A stretch of 64,000 nt of DNA from Octopus sinensis (taxonomy: Eukaryota), in contig NC_043000.1 of NCBI RefSeq assembly GCF_006345805.1, positions 111,786,001 to 111,850,000 on the forward strand, in the 5' to 3' direction. The notes under the pieces were generated by a model. The model ran no database searches. It worked only from the letters and a program-made list of their open reading frames with translations, and was not told where the DNA came from. Position numbers and translations under genes: made by a program. Shown one piece after another: positions 38,131 to 50,744 of the stretch; position 1 is the first letter of the stretch; every line of letters begins with the position of its first letter.

Positions 38131-38903
38131 TAAGCACACTCCAGTTTCGAGCAAATGGCACCTGTGCCAGTGGCATGTAAAGGCACCCACCTATTACACT
38201 CTCAGAGTGGTTGGCATTAGGAAGAGCATCCAGCTGTAGAAAGCAAGCCAAATCAGACTGGAGCCTAGCACAGCCTTCCAGCGTGCCAGCCCTGGTCAAC
38301 GGACATTAAATGATGATGATGATGTGTGTGCTTCTAAGTTTATTTATTTGTGTGTGCCTTTGGATAGAATATTGCATGTGTTTGAATATGCATGTATTTA
38401 CATGAATATTACAGATGCATGGATGTAAGTGTATAATCTGGTCATAGAATAATGTGTATATATTTAAATATGTATATATTTATATTTATGCATTTACATT
38501 TATAAATTATATATTATATATATATATTTAATGTGTATATATTTAAATATGTATTGTGCTGCTGGCATGTAAAAAGCACCAACCAATCGTGGCCGTTGCC
38601 AGCCTCCCCTGACACCTGTGCCGGTGGCACGTAAAAAGCACCCACTACACTCACGGAGTGGTTGGCATTAGGAAAGGCATCCAGCTGTAGAAACACTGCC
38701 AGATCAGACTGGAGCCTGGTGCAGCCTCCTGGCTTCCCAGACCCAGTCGAACTGTCCAACCCATGCTAGCATGGAAAACGGATGTTAAACAATGATGATG
38801 ATGATATGTATAATTATGCATTTAAATTCATATATTTAAATGTGTATGTATGTGAAGCTGAGTGTATTATTTTGTATGTAAATGTGTAAATTTTAGTAGA
38901 AAT

Positions 38904-38955
<52 letters not shown>

Positions 38956-38959
<4 letters not shown>

Positions 38960-40060
38960 ATGGAGGCAAGGAAAAGTAAACGAACAAAAAAACACTATGC
39001 CCCTTGTTCCATTAGTTGGAATCGAACCGGCGCTCCAGTTGTTCAGGACAATGGTATTTCCTTTGCCCTGTCAAATACCACGATTACTAATGGTCCTAGA
39101 CAGTGATCTACGGCCCTCACACGGTCGCGGAAAGTTTTTTTTAAAAAATGTTGGGGAGAGATCTACACACTGCTGTCATCGATATTTCTCTTCTTCTAGC
39201 TGCTACCCGTTATAAATACGGCTAGCATTAAGTTAGTGGGTCAGTCAGCGAGAAACCGTGAGAGGGTCAGTGTGAGCGGAGCGGACAAGGGAGTGAGTTA
39301 GAGATGGTGGGAGTCGGTGAGAAGCAACCACAAAGATGACAGTCAGGGTCTAGAGAGATACAGACAGTGAGTGGGCAAGAGACAGTACGAGAGGCTGAAA
39401 AGATGACAGAGACTGACAGACAGCGGCAGGCAAGCTGTTATAGTGGGAGTTTTGTGATGTTCAGGGAGTGTTGTAGGCGTGGAACATGCGGTAATATTTT
39501 TATTTGTGTTTTGAATTTCGATGTTCAAATAGAGACGATGTGTTGTTGAAATGGAAAAAAAAAGAGAGAGGCTCTGACGAAATCGTTGGAAAAAAAGAGC
39601 GTGTTGTTGGCTGTTTTTAAAAGAAAAGAAAAGGAAGAAAAAAAAAGAACTTGGAAGTGTTTTAAAAAGGAGAAGGAATCTTTTTGATTGTGAACTTTGT
39701 GTTAAATGTAAAATGATGTGTCTTGGAAAAGAAAATCGAACAGTATTGTGTCAAATGTTAAATGATTTGTTTTACGAACTCTGTATTATGTTTAAATGCA
39801 AATGATTGTTCTTCGAACTCTGTACATGATTTATCAACCTTTGTTTTGGAATTCTTTGATTTTGTTTTGAAAAAAAAAATTGCTAAATTACGCAACTTCC
39901 GCTGTGTCTCTTTCTTTTGTTGTCGTTGTGTTGGTTCCTGGCTGCGTTAGCCGCCTCTCCCCCTTTCCGTGGTGGATTTCCGGTTTGCTGAGCGTCATCG
40001 TCGCGACTTAGGGCCCGTGGTGGTATCGTAAGGCTGTGGGCCCTGAGTGGCAGTGTAACA
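38956..40060 (+). mobile_element. Probable solo LTR (Gypsy-like)
   Basis: Termini TGTTA...TAACA, ATAT on both flanks, TATAAATA at 39211, locally CpG-rich. The left flank is microsatellite, so the TSD is weak evidence. Confidence 0.6.
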
Positions 40061-40552
40061 ATATGAATATATATCTAAATAAATATTTCTGTTGTGTGTA
40101 TAAATGTGGTGTCAGTTGTATGAGGTCTCTTAATTCCTGAGATAATCATAGAGGTGTTATGGTATACATGTCTTGGGAAGAGCCCAGCCACGTCCAGGAT
40201 GTAAATGTGGCTGATTTAGTTGGGAAGAAAGAGGGAGGAAAAGAGAGGGAGAGGATAATCAGCCCCATTACTAGAATTGTATTTATTTTACTGGCCAAAT
40301 AAATATATGATACATTTTTCTTGGGTGGCACGTAAAAAGCACCCCTATGCTCTTGGAGTGATTGGTGTTAGGAAGGGCATCCAACTGTAGAAACCTTGCC
40401 AGATCAGATTGGAGCCCGGTGCAGCCTCCTGGCTTGTCAGCTCTCAGTCAAACCATCCAAACCATGCCAGCAGGGAAAGCAGACGTTAAAAGATGAGGAC
40501 GATGAGAAGGAGGAGGATTTGAAATCAGAGCACTCTGCCTTGTTGCTGCCTG

Positions 40553-40588
<36 letters not shown>

Positions 40589-41047
40589 CGTGTGTGTGTA
40601 TGTATGTGTGTGTGTGTGCTCTTCTGTTTTTAATTATCGTAAAAACAATGTCACATTTGATGCTTGAGAAAATTCTTGCATAATTCTACTGTTCCACTTA
40701 TAGATTGTATGTATTGGACTATTGCATAATTATTGCGGCTTTTTTTTTAAACATTTTATTTAACAATAACAATATTTAACAAAAGCCTCTTTAAATGATG
40801 GTCTGACCGTCTGCCAAGCAAAAGGGAAGCAGTAATTGAAGTAGATGGTGAATATTCTCCGGAATAATCATTTAAAGATGTTTTTGTTACATGTTATTGT
40901 TTTCGTTTAATAAAATTTGTTGAACAAAAAACCGCAATAATTATGTTCCAACCCAATATGTATGCACACACACACACACACATATATATATATAGATATA
41001 TGTATATATGTATGTATATATATATATATATAGATATATGTATGTAT

Positions 41048-41098
<51 letters not shown>

Positions 41099-41140
41099 TG
41101 TATAAACGTACGTATATGTATAAACGTACATATTTATTAT

Positions 41141-41189
<49 letters not shown>

Positions 41190-42820
41190 AGCTGAGTATT
41201 CTGCTGTTGCCTGGTAACTTTTCACAATAGAAATACTTTGAACTTTTGGAATAGCACACCCACTTAAGTTGGTTTTTCTCCATTTTGACAGGGATTTTCA
41301 GAATTTGTGTTTCACCACATCCTTGCAAATGATGGTGGGGTGGGAGGAAGCTTTTATCCTTCTGGACCAATTTTTTTTTTTCTTTTTTTCACTACGCACT
41401 TAAAAACAATGAGGGATACTTTCTTGGGTTTAAAATATAAATTGAAAATTTATGAATTTTTTCAACCCCCGTCCTCCCCCACTTTCGATTTTAGCTTCTT
41501 TTTTTTTTTTTTTGCCATCATGCACAAAAAAAGATTTGAAGGTTAAAGTTTTCTTTGGAAATCTATGATCACCATTACAATTCCCATTTCCTTTATTTTC
41601 AAACAGAAAACGAAACATAATTTTTAAAAATATTGGAATTTAAAAAAATTTCTCCATTAACACCCCCACACACTACTGTAGCTAGGGGGGGGGGCGGTAG
41701 GGTTGGTCCGTCCAGGGCAGCCTTTTTAAAGGAACGGCACTTTTCATTCTCTTATAGGTTATTATTGCTGCAGGCAATATGTGGATTTTGTGGGGTCCGG
41801 GGCAGCAAACGGAAGGGCTGCCGCGGGCAGTACACACTCTAGCTACGATAATGCACCCACACACCACCATAATTCCTCAAATCTCTCCTTTTTTTGGGGG
41901 GGGGGGGGGAATCTGCAATTTGTCTCTGTTTATAATTTCAAAATGATTTTCAGATGAAAAGGTGTGTGACTTAAGAGAAGATTAGCTGGTGTTTCTAGCA
42001 CGTCCGAAGAATACTTGGTGCCTTCCTCGTTTCTTAGTCACTCTGGTTTTCAGTATTTTCCTTCCCAGAAACACATTTTATGGAACGATGAGGCAGTGGT
42101 CCATTGCTGAGAAGAAGTAACTACAAGAAAGAAATTTGTTCTTTGAATCTTTAACCCTCATCTTGCATCAAGCGAGTCCGTGTGTGCGAGCGAGCGTGAG
42201 AGAGAGAGAGAGGGAGAGGGAGAGAGAGAGCATACTGTTACAATAATCTTTTACATACCGTTTTGAAATAACTGTCGCCCAAATGACACACACACACCTA
42301 ATTCATCTGAATCTAAATTTTTGCTATATATATATATATCAATATACCAGAGTAAACACATAAAAGTGAAACAAGGTGGAAAAAAGAGTACTCAAATACC
42401 AGAGGTAGAGTAATATGCTTTATTTAAAAGTGAAACTCCGAGTAACAGCTTTTGTTATATTTCTGCTGCTTTTAAATAAAGTGTATATATATAGAGACAA
42501 AAGAGAAAACTGGATTTTCGTCCGTGATGGCTGTGATGAAGTGAAAGTAAACATCATGAGGCGAGGTGTTTAAACAAAAGGAAAGCAATAGGTGAGAGTT
42601 AATACATACGCAAAGAGGGTGAGCATCAAATAAGCAGAGGGAGAGGGCGAGATTAATTTGATGGCGATAAAATGTGGGAGAGTTGTCGATCCAAAAGTCG
42701 AGTTATTTCTCGAAGAAAATTATTTTTTATTCTTTACGAACGACATTGTGGAATTCGAAAATCAAATTTGTTTTTCTCGATGATGCACCATTTCAGAGCC
42801 TTTTGGGGCTAAATATGCAT

Positions 42821-43291
42821 ACCGTAAATCCTCGAGTATAATACGCAGGGGATTTTTAGGAGGCTGTACCTCTGAAAAACTTAAACCTTGTGTATAATAC
42901 GCACTCCTTCTCTAACGTCCTTGGTTTGTAAAAATGTATACGGTAACGTCCTTTATTATTATTGTATATATAACAATGCAAACGTGTAGCATTTTTGTAC
43001 ATTTTGTTTGCAGAAAATAAAGAAATAACAGTAATAATGTTTAATAAATGTTGCTTACTGCAAGTTATGGATAATTCTTTTATGAATTCATTGCTTTCGG
43101 GCTTAGCTTAAGGTATTTTCGCCACCGACATCACAAAATGCATCTGAATAAACTTGCCGAACAGCAAATAGAGACTCGGACATTGCTTAGAAAATAATTT
43201 TCATTTTTAACTTCATATATAGTACGCACTAGGGATGTTGACCTTTAAATTTGGGGGGGGGGGAATGCGTATTATACTCGAGGATTTACGG
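42821..43291. mobile_element. Tc1/mariner superfamily (Tc2/pogo-like) MITE
   Basis: Perfect 26-bp TIR ccgtaaatcctcgagtataatacgca with TA on both flanks. Confidence 0.9.
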
Positions 43292-44059
43292 TACATAACC
43301 ACATGCACCCGCATTTATCATAGTTAAATGTGCGTGCGTGTTTGCGCATTTATTTAAATTCGTTCCTTTGTAAAATTCCAGCTGCTCCCTAACTTTGTCA
43401 TTCCAATGATAAGTGATAACAAAGCTGTTTATTCACGGGAGTAGATTTACAAACTCTACCTTATCAGCGATCCATTCATGACTTCTTGTATAATTCTTGC
43501 GGAACTGATGTTAAGGAAGCATCTGGTTAGTGGTACAGCTAGAGTGTATGCTGCCTAGGCCACTCTTGAGTTTTCCACCCCAACCCGGCTTATTCAGCAA
43601 GCCCCAAAGTGCCACTCTCACAGGAGTGGCGGACCACGCAAATATAATTTCTTAATACATCATCCTGGATGTTTGGACAAGTTTTACAGATCGGTAATCG
43701 CAGCCAAAGCGTTTTAGAACCATCAATATGATACATCCCAGCACATTGTCGAAGTCCTTTTCCAGGTCGCAGAACCCTAAAGAAAAAGAGGGTTTTGACT
43801 CTTTCCTCTAGCTGATTGCAGAATATCATTTTCAATGGAGGATTGCTTAACCTGTCCAAACTTCACTTACAAAGACAGGCCAATGGATCATGAAACTCAG
43901 AACGCAGACAACAGTCCGTAGCCCAAACATAATCAGGAGATGCATAAGGTCAGTTAACATCATCTCCCCATAAACGATATGATCGTTTTGTCTGACCATC
44001 ATCACTCACTCAAACTACTGCCAAGTCAAATCTTCCAAATTTCAACATCACTGTTTTGT

Positions 44060-44640
44060 GCCTTTTTCTGGAACAGATGGATCATTTCCTTTACTTTGGA
44101 GAGCTCCCCTCAAAGCTGTGCAACACCAAGAATGATGTAGAAAACAAAATTCGTGCTGGTTATGTTGCTTTTAGAAGACAATCCCTTCACGATTTCATGA
44201 AACTTAAAACAACAAACTCCTGATGTTATTAGCTATGTTGTTTCAATCACACAATACGAAACATGGCCCCTGAATCGTCGAGACATCAAGAAACTTCAGC
44301 GCTTTGACCAGCAAAAGCTGTGACCAGTCATAAATATGATATAGAAAGATTAATTTAATACGCGACTGTATCAAAACCACAATTATCACACATCTGTTCA
44401 GAGAGACGGGCCATTTATGCAGTAAGAGAACTCCCAAATTTCCCTTCTAGATTCGTTTCAGCGAACTAATCTTGGGCAAAAGTCATTCTGGATGCCCTCT
44501 GCAGTATTACAGGGATCAACTCGAGCTGACTGTAAAGGGAGCTCAATATCAACCTTAAAACATGAGAAGAACAAACAGCAGATCTCAAACTCTGGCGTCA
44601 AACCATCACGATTGTCGTAAAACTGGTTTTAAAAACAACG
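44060..44640 (+). pseudogene. Old RTE (BovB-like) RT C-terminal relic
   Basis: LEQMDHFLYFG...DVENKIRAGYVAF and YETWPLNRRDIKKLQRF, with frameshifts. Confidence 0.7.
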
Positions 44641-46653
44641 CCACTGAAGTCAAGTGGACAAAGACGAAAATTTCCATCTATTACGGCCATATCCGCCTCT
44701 GTCCAGTATTTTTCGTATGGTCGCATGACCTGTGGAAGGATCGGTCTTAGCAATTCAGAAATATCACGGAAAACCAACAAAGAAGAGAAGAGATACTTAG
44801 CACTAGAACACGAAGGAAAAAGTGGTGGCTTTGAACCCACCACCACACACACATACATATATATATATGTGAGGGTCGGTTAAAAAGTTCATAGGGCCCT
44901 CCTTATTCATCAACGAGCCAACTGGACTTTCCCAGTAGTCATCCAGTCTCTTCCTGAGCGTAAACGAACTATCCGTAGATCTATAAATAATAAAAAAATA
45001 TATATATATATAATATAGTGTACGTTTAAACACATAAGGAATCCACTCGTGGGATTCATCACGCTAGAAAGAACAGCTAGGTTCCATAACCACAAAATTA
45101 GGGATAAAATCCCGAAAGGAACGAAATGAAGAAATAAAAACCTTTACCATCTAGTTTCCTGGAGCAATTGGTTTCTGATTTTAGTTTAGCTTGGTGAAAT
45201 CGTCGTCAACAGGTACACCTTAGATTAAATATATAAAACACGAGGCAATCAATTATATGCCTCTTGTTTATACATCCTGCGCAGACGCAGCTCCTCGTCG
45301 GCAATAAAAAAAATGCCAACTTATAAAATTCGAAAATTATCCAAAAGCTTACATGATATGATTAAGTGTATATATGTGTGTGTGTAGGAGCCATTACGGC
45401 TATGATTAACGTCTGGCTGGTGGAATAAAGAAATGGTTCAAATCTCAGATGAAGATCAGTTCTGGCGAGGAACAGCATTAACCTTTCAAGCCACTAGTGC
45501 AGTTATTTCCTTGAGTTCTTTTCTTACAATTCGGCAAATTACTACTGACTAAAATTCATTTTTGTTCATTTTTCGAAAGTAATAAGCTACCTCCTCTCTT
45601 CGTCCCACAAAAACAAAAAGAAAGAAATTGATCAGCACATCACTCGAACCTTCAACTTAGCCGCAGATGCTAAGTCTCGTGATTATTGAAGATCTCTCCT
45701 GGGGAACACACATCCTCCGCGCAACAGAGACTACATCACAAAAGACGGATCTCACTCTTCAAGGTTTGAAAACACTTCAGCCTCTAACAATTACTAAAAC
45801 TCTACAAATACCAGCTGGGGTCCACAGCAGGCCACTGACCTCACATTTGAAATGCGACCGTTGCCAAACACAAACATCGTAGACCTCGTCCAAAGAATAA
45901 ATCACCTAACTGATTAGTGTGAAGTCTCACACCGATAAGCTTTACAGTTTCATCCACAGACATGCTGTCACCACACACTCTCTCTCTCTCTCTCTGCTAT
46001 CATTAGAATAACGACCTTTCTGGAAGCAGGCTAATCTTGTGCCTCACCTACCCTCAACTCCCTCAGTTCTCATCTGGTTATTCATATTGTCTCCGTAACT
46101 CGGGCCCTGATCTGTCCTTTCTCGAATGTCGACCTTCCGCGATTCCCCTTCATTCCGCCAATACCTTTTTTTCTCCTGCAATCAAAAACGTTCAGCTGTT
46201 CATTAATTCCTATTAACTTCACCCATCATGACGAATCGGCGATGGCTGCGAACCTAACAATTTCTTCAGTCAGTGTATTCGCAGGCTTGGCCAAACTTTC
46301 TCTTTGTGGAAGACTGACAGTTGCCTAGGCGTGCAAGCCTCCTTTCGTCACACCATCGTCCAAGGGAAAGGCTGCCGCTTTTAAAGTTGATGCAGCTTAA
46401 CCCCTCTGTCGTTACACGTGTTGCTATCATAATGCAAAGGGACGAAGAATCGGATCCTGCCCTCAAATATTTCCACCAATCCGACGCCATGGGTTGGTGC
46501 TTTTTTAATTGACCCCGAAAGAACGAAAAGCAAAGTTGGCCACGTCGGGATTTGAACACAAAACAGATAATCAGAACAAATATTACAAGATATTTTGTTC
46601 AAAGCTTTAACCACCCGGCCAACTCGCTGCACCCTTAAAAAAGTATACTGTTT

Positions 46654-47316
46654 TTACCAATCCTCTTGGGTAGCTGAAAAAGTAATATCTTTGGTGTTGT
46701 CTTTACAACTTATAATTGTATCTCGTTTTATATCAATTACATATATAACTTCTTCTTTCAGCCCAATATGAGTTCCAGTTGTTCTATACGCATCCATATT
46801 TTTGCATTCAGTATACGTAACCGAGATCCTATAAACACATTTTTTATTTCGAATATTATCACATTTTAGGTGGTAATAGGTGTACACACGGCGGCATTCA
46901 CCCGGGGTGGGTTTTAGCTGGCTCCGACCGACGAGTTCACTACGTCCCTCACGAATGCTGACCACATTCGACGGACGGCACTAACGTTTCTGCAGGCAAA
47001 GTAATGCTTCTGCCTGCGGCCCCAAAATCCAGCTTGCAACTTTGACAAATGCTTCACTGGGGAGGCAAGCGCGTCGGATAACGCGGACACCGTAGCTGTC
47101 ATTTGTTGTTGAGGTGTAGAGTTCGTGTTCAGTGTTTTAGTGGGAATACAAGTTTACATGCTCCCGGTCGCATGCATACACACTTTGGGATAGTGATATC
47201 CACAGCAGCTCATTTTGTCGTTGATTGCCGACCACGGAAAAGAATTCGCTGATCAAGACACCACTGATATCGGAGCAGACGTAACCTGGATTTAAAGCGG
47301 ACGATACACTTTCTAG
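46654..47316 (-). pseudogene. Unidentified decayed intronless reading frame (221 codons, 2 internal stops)
   Basis: A single frame runs from 47316 to 46654 with internal stops only at 47139-47137 and 46983-46981. Product not recognised. Confidence 0.45.
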
Positions 47317-47592
47317 TTAACCCATAGCTGAGATCTTAACAAATGTTACTAGTCTGGGTCAGAATAAACCTGGAAACAATAGTACCCAAGAGGTACCCCT
47401 CAAAATCCTGAAACTCCTGTACCAAGACCTCACTACTGATAGAGTTCAGTCTTAAACAGGATTTTGTCTTCCTAGTAACTGAAACCTTGTCTTTACTATG
47501 TTAGTCATGCTTGGAACTTTTCCACTAACTCTTTAGTTGTTTCATCTGTGATGTTTAGGCTGCTAACCAGTAGGGCTTTATATGTCTGTATA

Positions 47593-47825
47593 GAAGGCGG
47601 CGAGCTGGCAGAGACGCTAGCGCGCCGGGCGAAATGCTTAGCGGTATTTCGTCTGCCACTACGTTCTGAGTTCAAATTCCGCCGAGGTCGACTTTGCCTT
47701 TCATCCTTTCGGGGTCGATAAATAAAGTACCAGTTACGCACTGGGGTCGATGTAATCGACTTAATCCGTGTCTCTGTCCTTGTTTGTCCCCTCTGTGTTT
47801 AGCTCCTTGTGGGCAATAAAGAAAT
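47593..47825 (+). mobile_element. Young full-length family A SINE
   Basis: CpGs retained; B-box gagttcaaattc; core gtcgactttgcctttcatcctttcggggtcgataaa. Confidence 0.9.
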
Positions 47826-48896
47826 ATATATGTCTGCCTAGGCTTGTGGAAATCCGGCGAAGGGGTGGCAAACTGAAGGGTTGTCTCGGATGGTACACAC
47901 TCTGACAACTCACTGCTGCTTATCACGTACTTTCAGTCAGCAATTCTGTACTTGGATCTCGCAAACCATTCTTGTCATCACTTCTTTATAACAGCCATCA
48001 GATAGACCTCACATCTTCGGCCTCCCACCGCCGCCGCCACACAGTTACCAACCATGCATCAGCATTTAACCACACCAAAACCTCAGACATCATAAATGGT
48101 TACAGAGCGTCGGGGTACCCTGCCGAAGACGCCCTCCACGCCAATATATACTTGGTACAACGGCTTACTCTCCAGATTAACTTGTCTTATTAACAAGAGT
48201 TCCCCAGTCATACCCTGCCCTGATACAACCCTAAAATACATCTCATCTAATTCCCTCCTATATAAACTACACTACAAAAATCCTTTTTGCCCCTTTTAGA
48301 GACTGACTCGATCAATTTAATGCATCCGAGGTTGATTCTTTCTAAGGCATCATCTTTGTCGATTCATTAGTTAACTGAGATGATGTTACACCGGTTATCG
48401 TTGATTGCTTGTACGTGGTCGCTCTACCTGTTGGAAATAGCAGCCTAGTCTCTCATAGCAATCTCTTCAACAGTTTTCAAAAGGACGATGTTAGCATCTT
48501 CCCAGTCTGTAATGACGGAGGAAAGAATAGATAATCGCGAACAGAATGCCTTGGATTATTGACCTGGTCAATCAGGACCCACGTGGGGTTAGATAAGAAC
48601 AGCAGCAGCAGTATCTCCCTCCCACCTCTCTACCCCTCACTCTCTCTATTTGTGTGTATATGTATTTGTGCATGTGTGTGCACTATGTATGTATACATGT
48701 GTTTGCATATGTGTGTATATATATATATATGTGTGTGTGTGTGTATGTATGTGTATGTGTGTGTATATATATATATAAATAAATCAGCCGAAATTGCGAG
48801 GATGATCCGGTTCTTGACTGAAAATTAAAGGCCTCGAATGACCCGTCCGTGTTTTTGTATCGTCTTCTGGATGTTTTCCGTTCTTGTCCCATTTTG

Positions 48897-48960
<64 letters not shown>

Positions 48961-48967
<7 letters not shown>

Positions 48968-49257
48968 GAAAAAATAAGTCAAAATAGAAAATGCTAAAAT
49001 AATTTTATAGTGAACATTTCAGTACCGGTTTCGGTCATTTTGAAACCTTTTCAACTGTAACGATTAAATAATTAAATTTAGAAAAATTACACTACTATAG
49101 AAATATTCCTTTAAAAAAACTTTTCTTCTAATTTTTCTAAATTTAATTATTTAATCGTTGCAGTTGAAAAGGTCTCAAAATGACCGAAACCGGTACTGAA
49201 TGTTCACTATAAAATTATTTTAGCATTTTCTATTTTGACTTATTTTTTCATATATAT
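48961..49257. repeat. Palindrome with ~129-bp arms and 39-nt spacer (Penelope-like end suspected)
   Basis: The arms differ by about 2 substitutions and 1 indel; the element sits in (TA)n. Confidence 0.9.
49161..49198 (+). ncRNA. Minimal type I hammerhead-like motif (mirror copy at 49020-49057, minus strand)
   Basis: cag-TTGAAAA-ggtc(tcaaaat)gacc-GAA-accggt-A-ctg. Confidence 0.55.
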
Positions 49258-49283
49258 CAACTCGTGTGTTCCTTTTCACCCTT

Positions 49284-49350
<67 letters not shown>

Positions 49351-49819
49351 ATACATACACACATGTTTGTGAGAGATGTGGTGAGATAGCTTGTGTGAAA
49401 GCGAGAGAGAATGAAAGAGAATAGAAGAGATAACCGAGGAGAATGATAAAGAGATAGAGCAAGAGAGAGAGAAATAAACACCCACCCAAATACATACACA
49501 CGCGTGTGCGCCTGTATTCTGTTTTAGCATAAACACATGTATATACATATATGTATACATATATGAGTGTGTATATATGTGTATGTGTATACACACATAC
49601 ATTACTCTCTCTCTCTCTCTATGTATATATATATATATGTGTGTGTGTAAGGTATATATGTGTATATATATGTGTATGTATATAAATACACACACACATA
49701 TGTAAATATCAGACTGGGCCTGGTGCAGCCTCCTGGCTTCCCAGACCCCAGTGGAACCGTCCAACCCATGCTCGCATGGAAAGCGGACGTTAAACGATGA
49801 TGACACACATATGTATGTG

Positions 49820-49856
<37 letters not shown>

Positions 49857-50696
49857 GCACACATATACATATACACATATGTATACACACAAACGTATAT
49901 ACACACGCACACATATATACATATTTATATATGCATACACACACCTCTCTCTCACTCTCTCTACACACACATACATGTGATACTAAAATAGTGCATGACA
50001 TCAGCGTTTGTTTGTGTGTGATTGACGAAAGGAGGGAAGGATGATGTGGGTGGTGGTGGTGGATGTGCCTGTCATCGGGTCGGGATGGGGGCGGTGGAGA
50101 GGTGGAGGGGTGAGAACCATTCTGATCCCCACAGGTTTGGAAGAACAACCACCACGAGTAGTATTCCGTTGACACAAACGACACTACTACTACTACGACT
50201 ACGAATGATAATGATAATAATAATAATGATAATAAAAGTAATACAAATATAACGGTAGATACGCCAACAACACCGTCGCCCCCTTCGTTCTCATCAGTAG
50301 TAGCACATCGGTATAAACACTACCACCACCACCACCACCATTGCTCACAACCAACACTACCACCACCATCATCAGCCATTGTTACAACCACCACCGTCGC
50401 CGCCGCCACTATTATTATTACTATTACTACCACTGCTACTATTATTACTACTACTACTACTATCAGCAGCAACAGTGGGCATATGAACAACAACAACAAC
50501 AACAGCAGCAGTAATAGATATTGAACAGTGAGAGAAGCGATGTGATGAAGAATTATGCTCGTAGAATCTTGATTAAATGTTTATCTTCTAATGAGTGATC
50601 CGGAATTTAATCTAACCACACATATACAAGACGAGGAAGCAAGAATTAAGGTCAGTTCCACAATCATATATACATTTATATATGTAAACACACATG

Positions 50697-50744
<48 letters not shown>

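Noticed and set aside
42430-42455. gaaactccgagtaacag as a hammerhead 3' half
   Set aside because: The CUGANGA half and stem II are absent.
50300-50500. Poly-Thr/Val/Ser ORFs here and at 52799-53204 and 56433-56744
   Set aside because: Mixed trinucleotide simple repeats.
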